Part shown: positions 48,392 through 59,294 of the stretch, piece by piece
Layout of the letters: each line of letters begins with the position of its first letter
Numbering within the stretch: position 1 is the stretch's first letter
NCBI RefSeq assembly: GCF_030013205.1
Contig: NZ_CP122648.1
DNA from: Escherichia coli
GTDB lineage: Bacteria > Pseudomonadota > Gammaproteobacteria > Enterobacterales > Enterobacteriaceae
Strand: one strand, 5' to 3'
Length of the DNA stretch: 64,000 nucleotides
The notes under the pieces: generated by a model
What the model was told of the DNA's origin: nothing
Databases searched by the model: none
The model's input: the letters and a program-made list of their open reading frames with translations, nothing else
Program-made: the position numbers and the translations under genes

Positions 48392-49729
48392 ATGAACACT
48401 TCACCGGTGCGAATGGATGATTTACCGCTTAACCGTTTTCACTGTCGAATTGCTGCGCTCACTTTCGGGGCGCACCTGACCGACGGTTATGTTCTCGGCG
48501 TCATTGGTTACGCCATTATTCAGCTTACACCCGCCATGCAACTGACGCCGTTTATGGCGGGAATGATTGGCGGCTCGGCGCTACTTGGCCTGTTTATCGG
48601 TAGCCTGGTTTTGGGGTGGATCTCCGACCATATTGGTCGGCAAAAAATCTTCACCTTCAGCTTTTTGCTGATTACGCTCGCTTCGTTCTTACAATTTTTT
48701 GCCACCACGCCAGAGCATCTTATTGGACTGCGCATTTTGATCGGCATTGGTCTGGGAGGCGATTACTCAGTAGGCCACACCTTGCTGGCTGAATTTTCTC
48801 CGCGCCGCCATCGCGGTATTTTGCTGGGCGCATTCAGCGTGGTGTGGACCGTAGGCTATGTGCTGGCAAGTATTGCCGGACATCACTTTATTAGCGAAAG
48901 CCCGGAGGCCTGGCGCTGGCTGCTGGCATCGGCAGCTCTGCCCGCATTGTTGATTACGTTATTACGCTGGGGAACGCCAGAATCGCCACGCTGGCTACTG
49001 CGCCAGGGGCGTTTTGCAGAAGCTCACGCTATCGTGCATCGCTATTTTGGTCCCCATGTTTTACTGGGCGATGAAGTGGCAACGGCGACCCATAAACACA
49101 TCAAAACCTTGTTCTCTTCGCGCTACTGGCGGCGCACGGCGTTTAACAGCGTCTTCTTTGTCTGCCTCGTAATCCCATGGTTTGTGATTTATACCTGGCT
49201 GCCAACTATCGCCCAGACTATTGGTCTGGAAGATGCGTTGACCGCTAGCCTGATGCTTAATGCGTTGTTAATTGTGGGTGCGCTGCTGGGATTAGTTCTG
49301 ACGCACCTGCTGGCACATCGCAAATTTTTGCTGGGAAGTTTTTTGCTGCTGGCGGCAACGCTGGTAGTGATGGCTTGTTTGCCTTCCGGCAGTTCATTAA
49401 CGCTGCTGCTTTTTGTTCTCTTCAGCACCACCATTTCGGCAGTCAGTAATCTGGTGGGCATTTTGCCTGCGGAAAGTTTTCCTACTGACATTCGCTCGCT
49501 GGGCGTCGGTTTTGCCACCGCCATGAGTCGGTTGGGCGCGGCAGTAAGTACTGGCCTGCTGCCGTGGGTGCTGGCGCAGTGGGGAATGCAAGTCACCTTA
49601 TTGCTCCTGGCGGCTGTGTTGTTGGTTGGTTTTGTCGTGACCTGGCTATGGGCACCAGAAACCAAAGCACTCCCGCTGGTGGCGGCGGGAAATGTTGGAG
49701 GTGCGAATGAACATTCTGTTAGCGTTTAA
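48392..49729 (+). CDS. ygcS: MFS sugar transporter
   Basis: 445-aa polytopic membrane ORF. Confidence 0.85.
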   Translation: MNTSPVRMDDLPLNRFHCRIAALTFGAHLTDGYVLGVIGYAIIQLTPAMQLTPFMAGMIGGSALLGLFIGSLVLGWISDHIGRQKIFTFSFLLITLASFLQFFATTPEHLIGLRILIGIGLGGDYSVGHTLLAEFSPRRHRGILLGAFSVVWTVGYVLASIAGHHFISESPEAWRWLLASAALPALLITLLRWGTPESPRWLLRQGRFAEAHAIVHRYFGPHVLLGDEVATATHKHIKTLFSSRYWRRTAFNSVFFVCLVIPWFVIYTWLPTIAQTIGLEDALTASLMLNALLIVGALLGLVLTHLLAHRKFLLGSFLLLAATLVVMACLPSGSSLTLLLFVLFSTTISAVSNLVGILPAESFPTDIRSLGVGFATAMSRLGAAVSTGLLPWVLAQWGMQVTLLLLAAVLLVGFVVTWLWAPETKALPLVAAGNVGGANEHSVSV

Positions 49730-50486
49730 AGCCGAACCGGATGCCGGAATGCTGGCGGAAAAAGAGTGGCAGGCGGCGGCTCAGGGTAATAGCGGACCGG
49801 ATGTTTCGCTTCTGCGAAGTTTACTCGGTGCTGATGAACAGGCTGCCGCCGCGCTGCTGTTGACGCAGAGAAAAAACGGTACGTCGATGTCTTTAACCGC
49901 GTTGAGCATGGGGGATGAACGGGCGTTGCACTGGCTGCGCTATCTCATGGCTCATGGGTTTGAGGAAGCTGTATTGCTGGAGACGGCGGCAGATCTGCGC
50001 TTTGCGCCGGAATTTGTCGCTCGCCATATTGCCGAATGGCAGTACCAGAATCCGCTGGATCTGATAATTACCGGCTGCCAAAGCAGCGAAGGGCAGAATG
50101 GGCAAACGCCATTTTTGCTGGCGGAAATGCTGGGCTGGCCCTGCTTCACCCAGGTGGAGCGTTTTACTCTCGACGCGCCGTTTATCACCCTTGAACAGCG
50201 TACTGAAAACGGGCTGCGCTGTTGCCGGGTTCGCTTGCCTGCGGTGATTGCCGTGCGTCAGTGCGGTGAAGTGGCCTTGCCAGTACCGGGAATGCGTCAG
50301 CGAATGGCGGCGGGGAAAGCAGAAATTATCCGTAAAACTGTTGCTGCCGAATCGCCAGCGATGCAGTGTCGGCAACTGGCAAGAGCAGAGCAACAACGCG
50401 GAGCGACGCTGATTGATGGGCAAACGGTAGCAGAAAAAGCGCAAAAGCTATGGCAGGACTATTTACGCCAAAGGATGCAGCCATGA
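49707..50486 (+). CDS. ygcR: electron transfer flavoprotein beta-subunit-like (FixA-like)
   Basis: Start set at MNILLAF (ATG 49707, GGAGG RBS); overlaps ygcS end. Confidence 0.8.
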   Translation: MNILLAFKAEPDAGMLAEKEWQAAAQGNSGPDVSLLRSLLGADEQAAAALLLTQRKNGTSMSLTALSMGDERALHWLRYLMAHGFEEAVLLETAADLRFAPEFVARHIAEWQYQNPLDLIITGCQSSEGQNGQTPFLLAEMLGWPCFTQVERFTLDAPFITLEQRTENGLRCCRVRLPAVIAVRQCGEVALPVPGMRQRMAAGKAEIIRKTVAAESPAMQCRQLARAEQQRGATLIDGQTVAEKAQKLWQDYLRQRMQP

Positions 50487-51343
50487 ATCTCGCAATTGTG
50501 ACAATAAATCAGGAGAATGCCGCAATAGCGAGCTGGCTGGCAGAACAGGATTTCAGCGGTTGTACCCTGGCACACTGGCAGATTGAACCTCAGCCCGTAG
50601 TGGCGGAACAGGTGCTGGATGCGCTGGTGGAACAGTGGCAGCGAACGCCAGCGGACGTTGTTCTCTTTCCGCCGGGAACGTTTGGTGATGAACTGTCGAC
50701 CCGGCTGGCCTGGCGTTTACATGGTGCAAGCATCTGCCAGGTGACTTCGTTAGATATTTCAACCGTAAGCGTGCGCAAATCCCACTGGGGAAATGCGCTA
50801 ACGGCGACGCTGCAAACAGAAAAACGCCCGCTATGCCTTTCCCTGGCGCGTCAGGCGGGAGCAGCGAAAAACGCCACGTTGCCCTCTGGTATGCAGCAAC
50901 TGAAAATTGTCCCAGGTGCGCTTCCCGACTGGCTGGTTAGCATAGAGAATCTGAAAAATGTTAGCCGCGACCCATTAGCTGAAGCCAGACGGGTGCTGGT
51001 GGTGGGGCAGGGCGGAGAGGCAGATAACCAGGAAATCGCTATGCTGGCAGAAAAGCTGGGAGCCGAAGTGGGCTACAGTCGGGCACGAGTGATGAACGGT
51101 GGCGTTGATGCCGAAAAAGTGATTGGTATTTCCGGACATCTGCTGGCACCTGAGGTGTGTATTGTTGTTGGCGCTTCCGGCGCAGCAGCGTTAATGGCGG
51201 GCGTCCGCAATAGCAAGTTTGTGGTGGCGATTAATCATGACGCCAGCGCGGCGGTATTTTCACAGGCAGATGTTGGCGTGGTTGATGACTGGAAAGCGGT
51301 GCTGGAGGCACTGGTGACAAACATTCACGCAGATTGCCAATAA
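50483..51343 (+). CDS. ygcQ: electron transfer flavoprotein alpha-subunit-like (FixB-like)
   Basis: Start set at MNLAIV (ATG 50483) overlapping ygcR stop as ATGA. Confidence 0.8.
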   Translation: MNLAIVTINQENAAIASWLAEQDFSGCTLAHWQIEPQPVVAEQVLDALVEQWQRTPADVVLFPPGTFGDELSTRLAWRLHGASICQVTSLDISTVSVRKSHWGNALTATLQTEKRPLCLSLARQAGAAKNATLPSGMQQLKIVPGALPDWLVSIENLKNVSRDPLAEARRVLVVGQGGEADNQEIAMLAEKLGAEVGYSRARVMNGGVDAEKVIGISGHLLAPEVCIVVGASGAAALMAGVRNSKFVVAINHDASAAVFSQADVGVVDDWKAVLEALVTNIHADCQ

Positions 51344-51391
51344 CGTGCAGCCGGATGATCCTGCCTACGGTTCTGGGCTGGGGACTTGTAA

Positions 51392-51424
51392 GCCTGATAA
51401 GACGCGTCAAGCGTCGCATCAGGC
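51392..51424. repeat. REP-like palindromic unit between convergent ygcQ and ygcP
   Basis: gcctgataagacgcgtcaagcgtcgcatcaggc. Confidence 0.55.
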
Positions 51425-51489
51425 GCTGAATGTCGGATGTGGCGTGCAGCCTACAAATCACACAAATTCAATTCGTTACGATTATCCCG

Positions 51490-52065
51490 TCAAAGCAATT
51501 TTTTCGCTAGCGTCCAGACCCCGGTATTCGTGGTGGAAAGCGCCACAACACCCGCGTTAATCGCATTACGCGCATCTTCTTCATCGCACACCAGCCCGCC
51601 GGCAATCAGCGGTTGGCGGATTTTCTCCGTCACCCAGCCCAGCACTTTGGGCATACAGCCTGGCAGGATCTCAATACAATCCGGATTCGATTGCGCAACT
51701 TGCTTATCAATGTTGTGAAACGAAATTGAATCAACAATAAACAGGCGATGAATACAGAAAAAACCTTCCGCTCTTGCCGCTTTCAACATTGAGGCTTTGG
51801 TACTGATAATGCCGTCCGCCTCAGTCACCAGTTTCAAAAACTGAATCACCACTTCTTTATTTGACGCGCCTTCCAGCAAATCAACATGAATAAAAGCATA
51901 TTTTCCGGCGTTCTTAATCTTTTTAACGATATTACTGATGGTGCAGATATTGCCGTACAACACGGAAATAAACTGGCATTCAGAGTCGATTGCCAGTTGC
52001 AGGCTGGCATTATCTTTAACGGCAGCAATCACCGGATTCTGGCGGAGCAGGTGTAAGAGGGGCAT
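51490..52065 (-). CDS. ygcP: GlpP-family glycerol-3-phosphate-responsive antiterminator homolog
   Basis: 191-aa ORF; family assignment from recognised sequence (G3P-responsive RNA-binding antiterminator family). Confidence 0.8.
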   Translation of the reverse strand: MPLLHLLRQNPVIAAVKDNASLQLAIDSECQFISVLYGNICTISNIVKKIKNAGKYAFIHVDLLEGASNKEVVIQFLKLVTEADGIISTKASMLKAARAEGFFCIHRLFIVDSISFHNIDKQVAQSNPDCIEILPGCMPKVLGWVTEKIRQPLIAGGLVCDEEDARNAINAGVVALSTTNTGVWTLAKKLL

Positions 52066-52081
52066 AAATTATCCTTATTAT

Positions 52082-52342
52082 TTATCCAAAACGGTAGGTG
52101 ATGCCGAATCCGGAAGGCGGATAGCGCCACTGTTGTAGTGTTGATTCGTCGCACAGCAAACGGCAGGTGCCACACTCCAGGCAGCCGCGATAATCAACGC
52201 GTAAGTCACCTTCCGGTGTGAGCGAAAAAAGACCAGCCGGACAAGCGTTAATCAACCGTTGTACCGTCTGACGCTCAACGGAGTCAGCCGGAACAATGTG
52301 CGGCGCATCGGCAACGCGCCAGAGATTACGGGCTACAGACAT
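52082..52342 (-). CDS. ygcO: ferredoxin-like protein (FixX-like)
   Basis: Start set at MSVARN (ATG 52340-52342, CAGGAG RBS); Cys cluster CxxCxxC; ORF-track start is an upstream GTG. Confidence 0.8.
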   Translation of the reverse strand: MSVARNLWRVADAPHIVPADSVERQTVQRLINACPAGLFSLTPEGDLRVDYRGCLECGTCRLLCDESTLQQWRYPPSGFGITYRFG

Positions 52343-53604
52343 CGCAGACTCCTGATAACATCGCCCGCCAGATGCCACAGGCCGTGACGACGTAAATGAC
52401 GCCAGAATAACTGGCGCAGCGGTGGAACAGGTTTATCACCCTGATCCCATAAATCGCGGGAAATATCCTGCATTAACGCAGGCCACGCACGGTACCATCC
52501 AGGGCGTTGCAAAAGCGCCGGAACATGCTGATAACGTTGTAGAACATCCCATAGCAGGCTGCGCTCGACGTTGTGATGATAAAGCGCAAACAGATTTTGC
52601 GGCTCGCGGTGCTGGCAGGCGCTTATCAGCGTTTGTGCCGCCGCCTGCGCGCCAGTTAGCGCCATATCCATGCCGCGCACGGAAATTCCGGTATTGACGC
52701 AACTGCGCAACGTATCGCCCACCAGCAGCCAGCCGTTACCGGCGTATTGCACCGGCATACTGTGCAAGCCACCTTCTGGCACCAGATGCGCACCATACTC
52801 CAGTGATTCCGTGTTTTTGATAAGCGGGCGCACTGCCGGATGCGTTTTAAAGCGAGCCAGCAGCTCGCATGCCGGAGCACGACTTTGCGTAAGGGAGGAG
52901 AGCGGGCAAACAATCCCTAACGAGAGCGTTTGTTGATTAGTATAAAGAAATGCGCCGCCGGGTAAGTCATCACAGATCCCGCCGCTGAACAGCAACGCTG
53001 CGCCTTCGTTATTCTCCAGATGAAAACGTTCTTCAATAGCGGATGTTTCCAGCGACAGCACTTCTTTGATTCCTAACGCCATTGATTCGCCAGCAGGACG
53101 AGTCACTAACCCGTGACGTTCAGCCAGGACGCTGTTGGCACCTTCTGCCAGCACCACATAACGGGCGCGGAGAATATCGTCACCACAAATGACACCACAC
53201 ACCCTGCCGTTTTCTTCATACAGCGCATCCACCGTCGCACCAGGGATGCATTCGACACCTTCTTTTTCGGCTTCGGCAACCAGCCACGGATCGAACCGTG
53301 CACGTAATACACTCCAGGATTCACCGCCGGGCTGTAAGCTGGAAAACGTCGTTGCGCCATCCGGCGTTAGCAGAGAAAGGCTTTCGTGAGTGATGCGTCG
53401 TTCAAGAGGCGCGGTCAGATGAAATTGTGGGAGGAGTTCCGCGAGCGCCTGGGTATATAAACGCCCGCCGGAAAGATTTTTGCTGCCGGGGATTTCAGCG
53501 CGTTCCAGTAACAAAACGGATAAACCCGCTCGCGCGCAGCGTAACGCGCAAGCGGTGCCTGCAATACCGGCACCAATAATAATAATGTCGCAGTCGTCTT
53601 CCAT
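52333..53604 (-). CDS. ygcN: FAD-dependent oxidoreductase (FixC / ETF-QO-like)
   Basis: Start set at MEDDCDIIIIGAGIAG (ATG 53602-53604); GxGxxG FAD motif. Confidence 0.8.
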   Translation of the reverse strand: MEDDCDIIIIGAGIAGTACALRCARAGLSVLLLERAEIPGSKNLSGGRLYTQALAELLPQFHLTAPLERRITHESLSLLTPDGATTFSSLQPGGESWSVLRARFDPWLVAEAEKEGVECIPGATVDALYEENGRVCGVICGDDILRARYVVLAEGANSVLAERHGLVTRPAGESMALGIKEVLSLETSAIEERFHLENNEGAALLFSGGICDDLPGGAFLYTNQQTLSLGIVCPLSSLTQSRAPACELLARFKTHPAVRPLIKNTESLEYGAHLVPEGGLHSMPVQYAGNGWLLVGDTLRSCVNTGISVRGMDMALTGAQAAAQTLISACQHREPQNLFALYHHNVERSLLWDVLQRYQHVPALLQRPGWYRAWPALMQDISRDLWDQGDKPVPPLRQLFWRHLRRHGLWHLAGDVIRSLRCL

Positions 53605-53681
53605 GTCATGCCCCAGATATCCAGAACACAACACCCTAACATAGCGTTACTTAAGGGAAATTGACCGCCGACACACTCTTA

Positions 53682-54047
53682 TCATTCGCCGCGATAGATG
53701 CAACCTGCGGTGCAGGTTTCTTTCACCATAACCGCACTTAACAGCGGAACAACCGGTTTAACCTGATCCCAAATCCATTTTGCTAAAACCTCGCTGGTCG
53801 GGTTTTCCAGGCCAGGAATATCATTGAGATAATAGTGATCGAGGCGCTCGTAGGTTGGCTTAAACGCCGCTTTTAGTTCAGCGAAATCGATAATCCAGCC
53901 CGTATGCGGATCGACTTCCCCGGTAATTTCCAGTCGCACCATAAAGGAATGCCCGTGCAGGCGACCACATTTATGCCCTTCCGGGACGTGTGGTAAGCGG
54001 TGAGCGGCTTCGAAGGTGAAATCTTTAAATAACGTGGTGGACATCAT
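53682..54047 (-). CDS. queD: 6-carboxy-5,6,7,8-tetrahydropterin synthase
   Basis: Start set at MMSTTLF (ATG 54045-54047); ORF-track start is an upstream TTG extension. Confidence 0.9.
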   Translation of the reverse strand: MMSTTLFKDFTFEAAHRLPHVPEGHKCGRLHGHSFMVRLEITGEVDPHTGWIIDFAELKAAFKPTYERLDHYYLNDIPGLENPTSEVLAKWIWDQVKPVVPLLSAVMVKETCTAGCIYRGE

Positions 54048-54362
54048 AATTTCTCTACATGACGATAAAACCGCCGTAGAGTACCGGAAAGGCTGTTTTT
54101 TCGCATTATCTAAAACGACTTTGTTGCGCAAAATCGCTGATTTATCTTAATGATTGGCTAAATTCATTTGTTTTTCATTGGGTTGGTTAATCTGTTTTGT
54201 TGTTAAAGACTATTGCTAAAACAGGTTAGTCGATTTGGTTATTAGTTATCGCTATCCCGTCTTTAATCCACACCGTTCACCCCGTTAACCTTACCTTCTC
54301 TTCTGTTTTATGGGCGCTGACAGGGCGCAGAAACAGCTTTGCTTACTGGAACATAACGACGC

Positions 54363-56162
54363 ATGACGACACAGGTCCCACCTTCCGCGTTGCTTCCGTT
54401 GAACCCGGAGCAACTGGCACGCCTTCAGGCGGCCACGACCGATTTAACTCCCACCCAGCTTGCCTGGGTTTCTGGCTATTTCTGGGGCGTGCTCAACCAG
54501 CAGCCTGCTGCGCTTGCAGCGACGCCAGCGCCCGCCGCAGAAATGCCGGGTATAACTATTATCTCTGCTTCGCAAACCGGCAATGCGCGCCGGATTGCTG
54601 AAGCATTACGCGATGATTTATTGACGGCAAAACTGAACGTTAAGCTGGTGAACGCGGGCGACTATAAATTCAAACAAATCGCCAGCGAAAAACTGCTTAT
54701 CGTGGTGACGTCAACGCAAGGGGAAGGGGAACCGCCGGAAGAAGCCGTCGCGCTGCATAAGTTCCTGTTCTCCAAAAAAGCGCCGAAGCTGGAAAACACC
54801 GCGTTTGCCGTGTTTAGCCTCGGCGATAGTTCTTATGAATTTTTCTGCCAGTCCGGGAAAGATTTTGACAGTAAGCTGGCGGAACTGGGCGGTGAACGCC
54901 TGCTCGACCGTGTCGATGCCGACGTTGAATACCAGGCTGCTGCCAGCGAGTGGCGCGCCCGCGTGGTTGATGCGCTTAAATCGCGTGCGCCTGTCGCGGC
55001 ACCTTCGCAATCCGTCGCTACTGGCGCGGTAAATGAAATCCACACCAGCCCGTACAGCAAAGACGCGCCGCTGGTGGCGAGCCTCTCTGTTAACCAGAAA
55101 ATTACCGGGCGTAACTCTGAAAAAGACGTTCGCCATATCGAAATTGACTTAGGTGACTCGGGCCTGCGTTACCAGCCGGGTGACGCGCTGGGTGTCTGGT
55201 ATCAGAACGATCCGGCACTGGTGAAAGAACTTGTCGAACTGCTGTGGCTGAAAGGTGATGAACCTGTCACCGTTGAGGGCAAAACCCTGCCGCTGAACGA
55301 AGCGCTACAGTGGCACTTCGAACTGACCGTCAACACCGCCAACATTGTTGAGAACTATGCCACGCTTACCCGCAGCGAAACGCTGCTGCCGCTGGTGGGC
55401 GATAAAGCGAAGTTACAGCATTACGCCGCGACGACGCCGATTGTCGACATGGTGCGTTTCTCTCCGGCGCAACTGGATGCCGAAGCGCTGATTAACCTGC
55501 TGCGCCCGCTGACCCCGCGCCTGTATTCCATCGCCTCCTCGCAGGCGGAAGTCGAGAACGAAGTACACGTCACCGTTGGCGTGGTGCGTTACGACGTGGA
55601 AGGCCGCGCCCGTGCCGGTGGTGCCTCCAGCTTCCTCGCGGACCGCGTGGAAGAAGAGGGCGAAGTCCGCGTCTTTATCGAACATAACGATAACTTCCGC
55701 CTGCCAGCCAATCCGGAAACCCCGGTGATTATGATTGGCCCAGGCACCGGCATCGCGCCGTTCCGCGCCTTTATGCAGCAGCGCGCTGCTGACGAAGCGC
55801 CGGGTAAAAACTGGTTGTTCTTTGGCAACCCGCACTTTACGGAAGATTTCCTCTACCAGGTGGAGTGGCAGCGCTACGTGAAAGAAGGCGTATTGAGCCG
55901 CATCGATCTTGCCTGGTCGCGCGACCAAAAAGAAAAAGTTTATGTACAAGACAAACTGCGCGAACAGGGCGCGGAGCTGTGGCGCTGGATCAATGACGGT
56001 GCCCGCATTTATGTCTGCGGCGACGCTAATCGCATGGCGAAAGACGTTGAGCAGGCACTTCTGGAAGTGATTGCCGAATTTGGTGGCATGGACACCGAAG
56101 CGGCGGATGAATTTTTAAGTGAGCTGCGCGTAGAGCGCCGTTATCAGCGAGATGTCTACTAA
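54363..56162 (+). CDS. cysJ: sulfite reductase [NADPH] flavoprotein alpha subunit
   Basis: 599-aa ORF with flavodoxin and FAD/NADPH reductase domains. Confidence 0.95.
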   Translation: MTTQVPPSALLPLNPEQLARLQAATTDLTPTQLAWVSGYFWGVLNQQPAALAATPAPAAEMPGITIISASQTGNARRIAEALRDDLLTAKLNVKLVNAGDYKFKQIASEKLLIVVTSTQGEGEPPEEAVALHKFLFSKKAPKLENTAFAVFSLGDSSYEFFCQSGKDFDSKLAELGGERLLDRVDADVEYQAAASEWRARVVDALKSRAPVAAPSQSVATGAVNEIHTSPYSKDAPLVASLSVNQKITGRNSEKDVRHIEIDLGDSGLRYQPGDALGVWYQNDPALVKELVELLWLKGDEPVTVEGKTLPLNEALQWHFELTVNTANIVENYATLTRSETLLPLVGDKAKLQHYAATTPIVDMVRFSPAQLDAEALINLLRPLTPRLYSIASSQAEVENEVHVTVGVVRYDVEGRARAGGASSFLADRVEEEGEVRVFIEHNDNFRLPANPETPVIMIGPGTGIAPFRAFMQQRAADEAPGKNWLFFGNPHFTEDFLYQVEWQRYVKEGVLSRIDLAWSRDQKEKVYVQDKLREQGAELWRWINDGARIYVCGDANRMAKDVEQALLEVIAEFGGMDTEAADEFLSELRVERRYQRDVY

Positions 56163-57874
56163 TGAGCGAAAAACATCCAGGGCCTTTAGTGGTCGAAGGA
56201 AAACTGACAGACGCCGAGCGCATGAAGCTTGAAAGCAACTACCTGCGCGGCACCATTGCGGAAGATTTAAACGACGGTCTGACCGGCGGCTTTAAGGGCG
56301 ACAACTTCCTGCTGATCCGCTTCCACGGCATGTATCAGCAGGATGACCGCGACATCCGCGCCGAACGTGCTGAACAGAAGCTGGAGCCACGTCATGCAAT
56401 GCTGTTGCGCTGTCGTCTGCCGGGTGGGGTGATTACCACCAAACAGTGGCAGGCGATCGATAAATTTGCCGGTGAAAACACCATCTATGGCAGCATTCGC
56501 CTGACCAACCGCCAGACGTTTCAGTTCCACGGCATTCTGAAAAAGAACGTCAAACCGGTGCACCAGATGCTGCACTCGGTCGGTCTTGATGCGCTGGCGA
56601 CTGCTAACGACATGAACCGTAACGTACTCTGCACCTCGAACCCTTACGAGTCGCAGCTACACGCGGAAGCGTATGAATGGGCGAAGAAAATCTCTGAACA
56701 TCTGCTGCCGCGTACCCGCGCGTATGCGGAGATCTGGCTCGATCAGGAAAAAGTCGCCACCACCGATGAAGAACCGATCCTCGGTCAGACTTATTTGCCG
56801 CGTAAATTCAAAACCACGGTAGTGATCCCGCCGCAGAACGATATCGATCTGCATGCCAACGACATGAACTTCGTGGCAATCGCCGAAAACGGCAAGCTGG
56901 TGGGCTTTAACCTGTTGGTGGGCGGTGGGCTTTCTATCGAACACGGCAACAAGAAAACCTACGCCCGCACGGCGAGTGAGTTTGGCTATCTGCCGCTGGA
57001 GCATACGCTGGCGGTGGCAGAAGCCGTCGTGACGACTCAGCGCGACTGGGGTAACCGTACCGATCGTAAAAATGCCAAAACCAAATACACGCTGGAGCGC
57101 GTGGGGGTTGAGACGTTTAAAGCGGAAGTGGAGCGTCGCGCGGGGATCAAATTTGAACCGATCCGTCCATATGAGTTCACCGGACGCGGCGATCGTATTG
57201 GCTGGGTTAAAGGCATTGATGATAACTGGCACCTGACGCTGTTTATCGAAAATGGTCGCATCCTTGATTATCCTGGGCGTCCGCTGAAAACCGGCCTGCT
57301 GGAGATCGCGAAGATCCACAAAGGCGATTTCCGCATTACGGCGAACCAGAATCTGATCATCGCCGGTGTGCCGGAAAGCGAGAAAGCGAAGATCGAGAAG
57401 ATCGCCAAAGAGAGCGGGTTAATGAATGCCGTCACGCCGCAGCGTGAAAACTCAATGGCCTGCGTGTCATTCCCGACTTGCCCGCTGGCGATGGCGGAAG
57501 CGGAGCGTTTCCTGCCGTCTTTTATCGACAACATCGATAATTTAATGGCGAAACATGGTGTCAGCGATGAGCATATCGTGATGCGTGTAACAGGCTGCCC
57601 GAACGGTTGTGGTCGCGCGATGCTGGCGGAAGTGGGCCTGGTGGGTAAAGCGCCGGGTCGCTACAACCTGCATCTTGGCGGCAACCGCATTGGGACACGT
57701 ATCCCACGGATGTATAAAGAAAACATCACCGAGCCGGAAATCCTGGCGTCGCTTGATGAACTGATAGGGCGCTGGGCGAAAGAGCGCGAAGCGGGTGAAG
57801 GCTTCGGCGACTTTACGGTGCGTGCGGGCATCATTCGCCCGGTGCTCGATCCGGCGCGCGATTTGTGGGATTAA
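56162..57874 (+). CDS. cysI: sulfite reductase [NADPH] hemoprotein beta subunit
   Basis: 570-aa ORF; start overlaps cysJ stop (TAATG). Confidence 0.95.
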   Translation: MSEKHPGPLVVEGKLTDAERMKLESNYLRGTIAEDLNDGLTGGFKGDNFLLIRFHGMYQQDDRDIRAERAEQKLEPRHAMLLRCRLPGGVITTKQWQAIDKFAGENTIYGSIRLTNRQTFQFHGILKKNVKPVHQMLHSVGLDALATANDMNRNVLCTSNPYESQLHAEAYEWAKKISEHLLPRTRAYAEIWLDQEKVATTDEEPILGQTYLPRKFKTTVVIPPQNDIDLHANDMNFVAIAENGKLVGFNLLVGGGLSIEHGNKKTYARTASEFGYLPLEHTLAVAEAVVTTQRDWGNRTDRKNAKTKYTLERVGVETFKAEVERRAGIKFEPIRPYEFTGRGDRIGWVKGIDDNWHLTLFIENGRILDYPGRPLKTGLLEIAKIHKGDFRITANQNLIIAGVPESEKAKIEKIAKESGLMNAVTPQRENSMACVSFPTCPLAMAEAERFLPSFIDNIDNLMAKHGVSDEHIVMRVTGCPNGCGRAMLAEVGLVGKAPGRYNLHLGGNRIGTRIPRMYKENITEPEILASLDELIGRWAKEREAGEGFGDFTVRAGIIRPVLDPARDLWD

Positions 57875-57894
57875 CCATCAGCCCGGTCTTGTAG

Positions 57895-57926
57895 GCCTGA
57901 TAAGACGCGTGAGCGTCGCATCAGGC
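57895..57926. repeat. REP-like palindromic unit between cysI and cysH
   Basis: gcctgataagacgcgtgagcgtcgcatcaggc. Confidence 0.55.
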
Positions 57927-57947
57927 AAGGCAAACTGTGAGGAACTT

Positions 57948-58682
57948 ATGTCCAAACTCGATCTAAACGCCCTGAACGAACTGCCGAAGGTAGATCGCAT
58001 TCTGGCGCTGGCGGAAACTAACGCCGAACTGGAAAAACTGGACGCTGAAGGCCGCGTTGCCTGGGCGCTGGATAATCTGCCCGGTGAATATGTACTTTCT
58101 TCCAGCTTTGGCATTCAGGCGGCGGTGAGCCTGCATCTGGTGAATCAGATTCGCCCGGATATTCCAGTGATCCTCACCGATACGGGTTACTTGTTCCCGG
58201 AAACCTACCGCTTTATTGACGAGTTAACGGACAAACTCAAGCTCAACCTGAAAGTGTACCGCGCTACCGAAAGCGCCGCCTGGCAGGAAGCACGTTACGG
58301 AAAACTATGGGAGCAGGGCGTTGAAGGCATTGAAAAGTACAATGACATCAACAAAGTCGAACCGATGAACCGGGCGCTGAAAGAACTGAATGCGCAAACG
58401 TGGTTTGCTGGCCTGCGCCGCGAACAATCCGGCAGTCGCGCCAATTTACCGGTGCTGGCAATTCAGCGTGGCGTATTTAAAGTGCTGCCGATTATCGACT
58501 GGGATAACCGAACGATATATCAGTATCTGCAAAAACATGGCCTGAAATATCATCCATTATGGGACAAAGGATATTTATCCGTCGGTGATACCCATACAAC
58601 CCGTAAATGGGAACCCGGCATGGCGGAAGAAGAAACGCGTTTCTTTGGCTTAAAAAGGGAATGTGGGCTGCACGAAGGGTAA
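57948..58682 (+). CDS. cysH: phosphoadenosine phosphosulfate (PAPS) reductase
   Basis: Start set at [15 protein letters not shown] (ATG 57948); ORF-track start 57795 runs through the REP element. Confidence 0.9.
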   Translation: MSKLDLNALNELPKVDRILALAETNAELEKLDAEGRVAWALDNLPGEYVLSSSFGIQAAVSLHLVNQIRPDIPVILTDTGYLFPETYRFIDELTDKLKLNLKVYRATESAAWQEARYGKLWEQGVEGIEKYNDINKVEPMNRALKELNAQTWFAGLRREQSGSRANLPVLAIQRGVFKVLPIIDWDNRTIYQYLQKHGLKYHPLWDKGYLSVGDTHTTRKWEPGMAEEETRFFGLKRECGLHEG

Positions 58683-58849
58683 AATATCGTACCGCTTAAT
58701 AAACGTCTCTGTCTGAAAAGATGGGGGCGTTTTTATTTTGCGAGCAGCATTCCTGATTTTAAACGTGAACGCCGCTGGAAGAATTATCAGGTATAGAATG
58801 GCGTTGGGTGCTTGAGGCTGTCTGGCGTTAAGCATTCGCGAGGTTCCAG

Positions 58850-58954
58850 ATGGACAAAAGCCCCAGGCGATATTTCTATCAACCTGAGGCCAGCGTTCGA
58901 ACCCAAACAACTCGAATGTTAGTCTCTTCTTTGCAGGGAGGCAAGACATGCTGA
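58850..58954 (+). CDS. mok-like 34-codon upstream reading frame coupled to the hok-like ORF (hypothetical)
   Basis: ATG 58850; stop TGA 58952-58954 lies just after the hok-like ATG (58948). Confidence 0.3.
   Translation: MDKSPRRYFYQPEASVRTQTTRMLVSSLQGGKTC
58859..58909 (-). ncRNA. candidate Sok-like antisense RNA (hypothetical)
   Basis: On - strand: TTGCCT -35 (58939-58944), 17-bp spacer, TAACAT -10 (58916-58921), then a stem-loop (gccccagg / cctgaggc) followed by TTTTG; antisense to the mok-like frame. Confidence 0.25.
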
Positions 58955-59100
58955 CAAAATATGCCCTTGTGGCAATCATAGTGCTGTGTTTTACAGTACT
59001 GGGATTCACGCTGATGGTAGGCGACTCGTTGTGTGAGTTGAGTATCAGAGAACGTGGTATGGAGTTTAAGGCAGTTCTCGCTTACGAATCGAAGAAGTAG
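58948..59100 (+). CDS. Hok/Gef-family type I toxin, 50 aa (hokX-like position between cysH and cas3)
   Basis: [50 protein letters not shown]: hydrophobic N-terminus, SLCE(L/I) and AxxAYES motifs shared with Hok/Gef; AGGGAGG RBS 6 nt upstream; GC hairpin cgcgggg/ccccgcg just downstream; below the ORF-track size cut-off. Confidence 0.75.
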   Translation: MLTKYALVAIIVLCFTVLGFTLMVGDSLCELSIRERGMEFKAVLAYESKK

Positions 59101-59294
59101 CCACCACGCGGGGGTAAAACCCCGCGTATTGAATTGTGATGGTTTGGTCTCCTGCACCCTTTTTTAATTTATATTGTTTATGTGAATATTATGCCTATGT
59201 TTATTATTCATATATATTACGGATGAAAATTATTTGATTATTCATAATGTAAATATTTTATTGAACGATATATGTCACAGATAATTTTTAATAT

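Noticed and set aside
47280-48404. 374-aa - strand ORF
   Set aside because: Antisense to ygcU; no independent support
58650-59157. Two - strand ORFs (119 and 92 aa) across the cysH-cas3 spacer
   Set aside because: Overlap the + strand Hok-family ORF, which has a family signature and RBS; the - strand frames have neither
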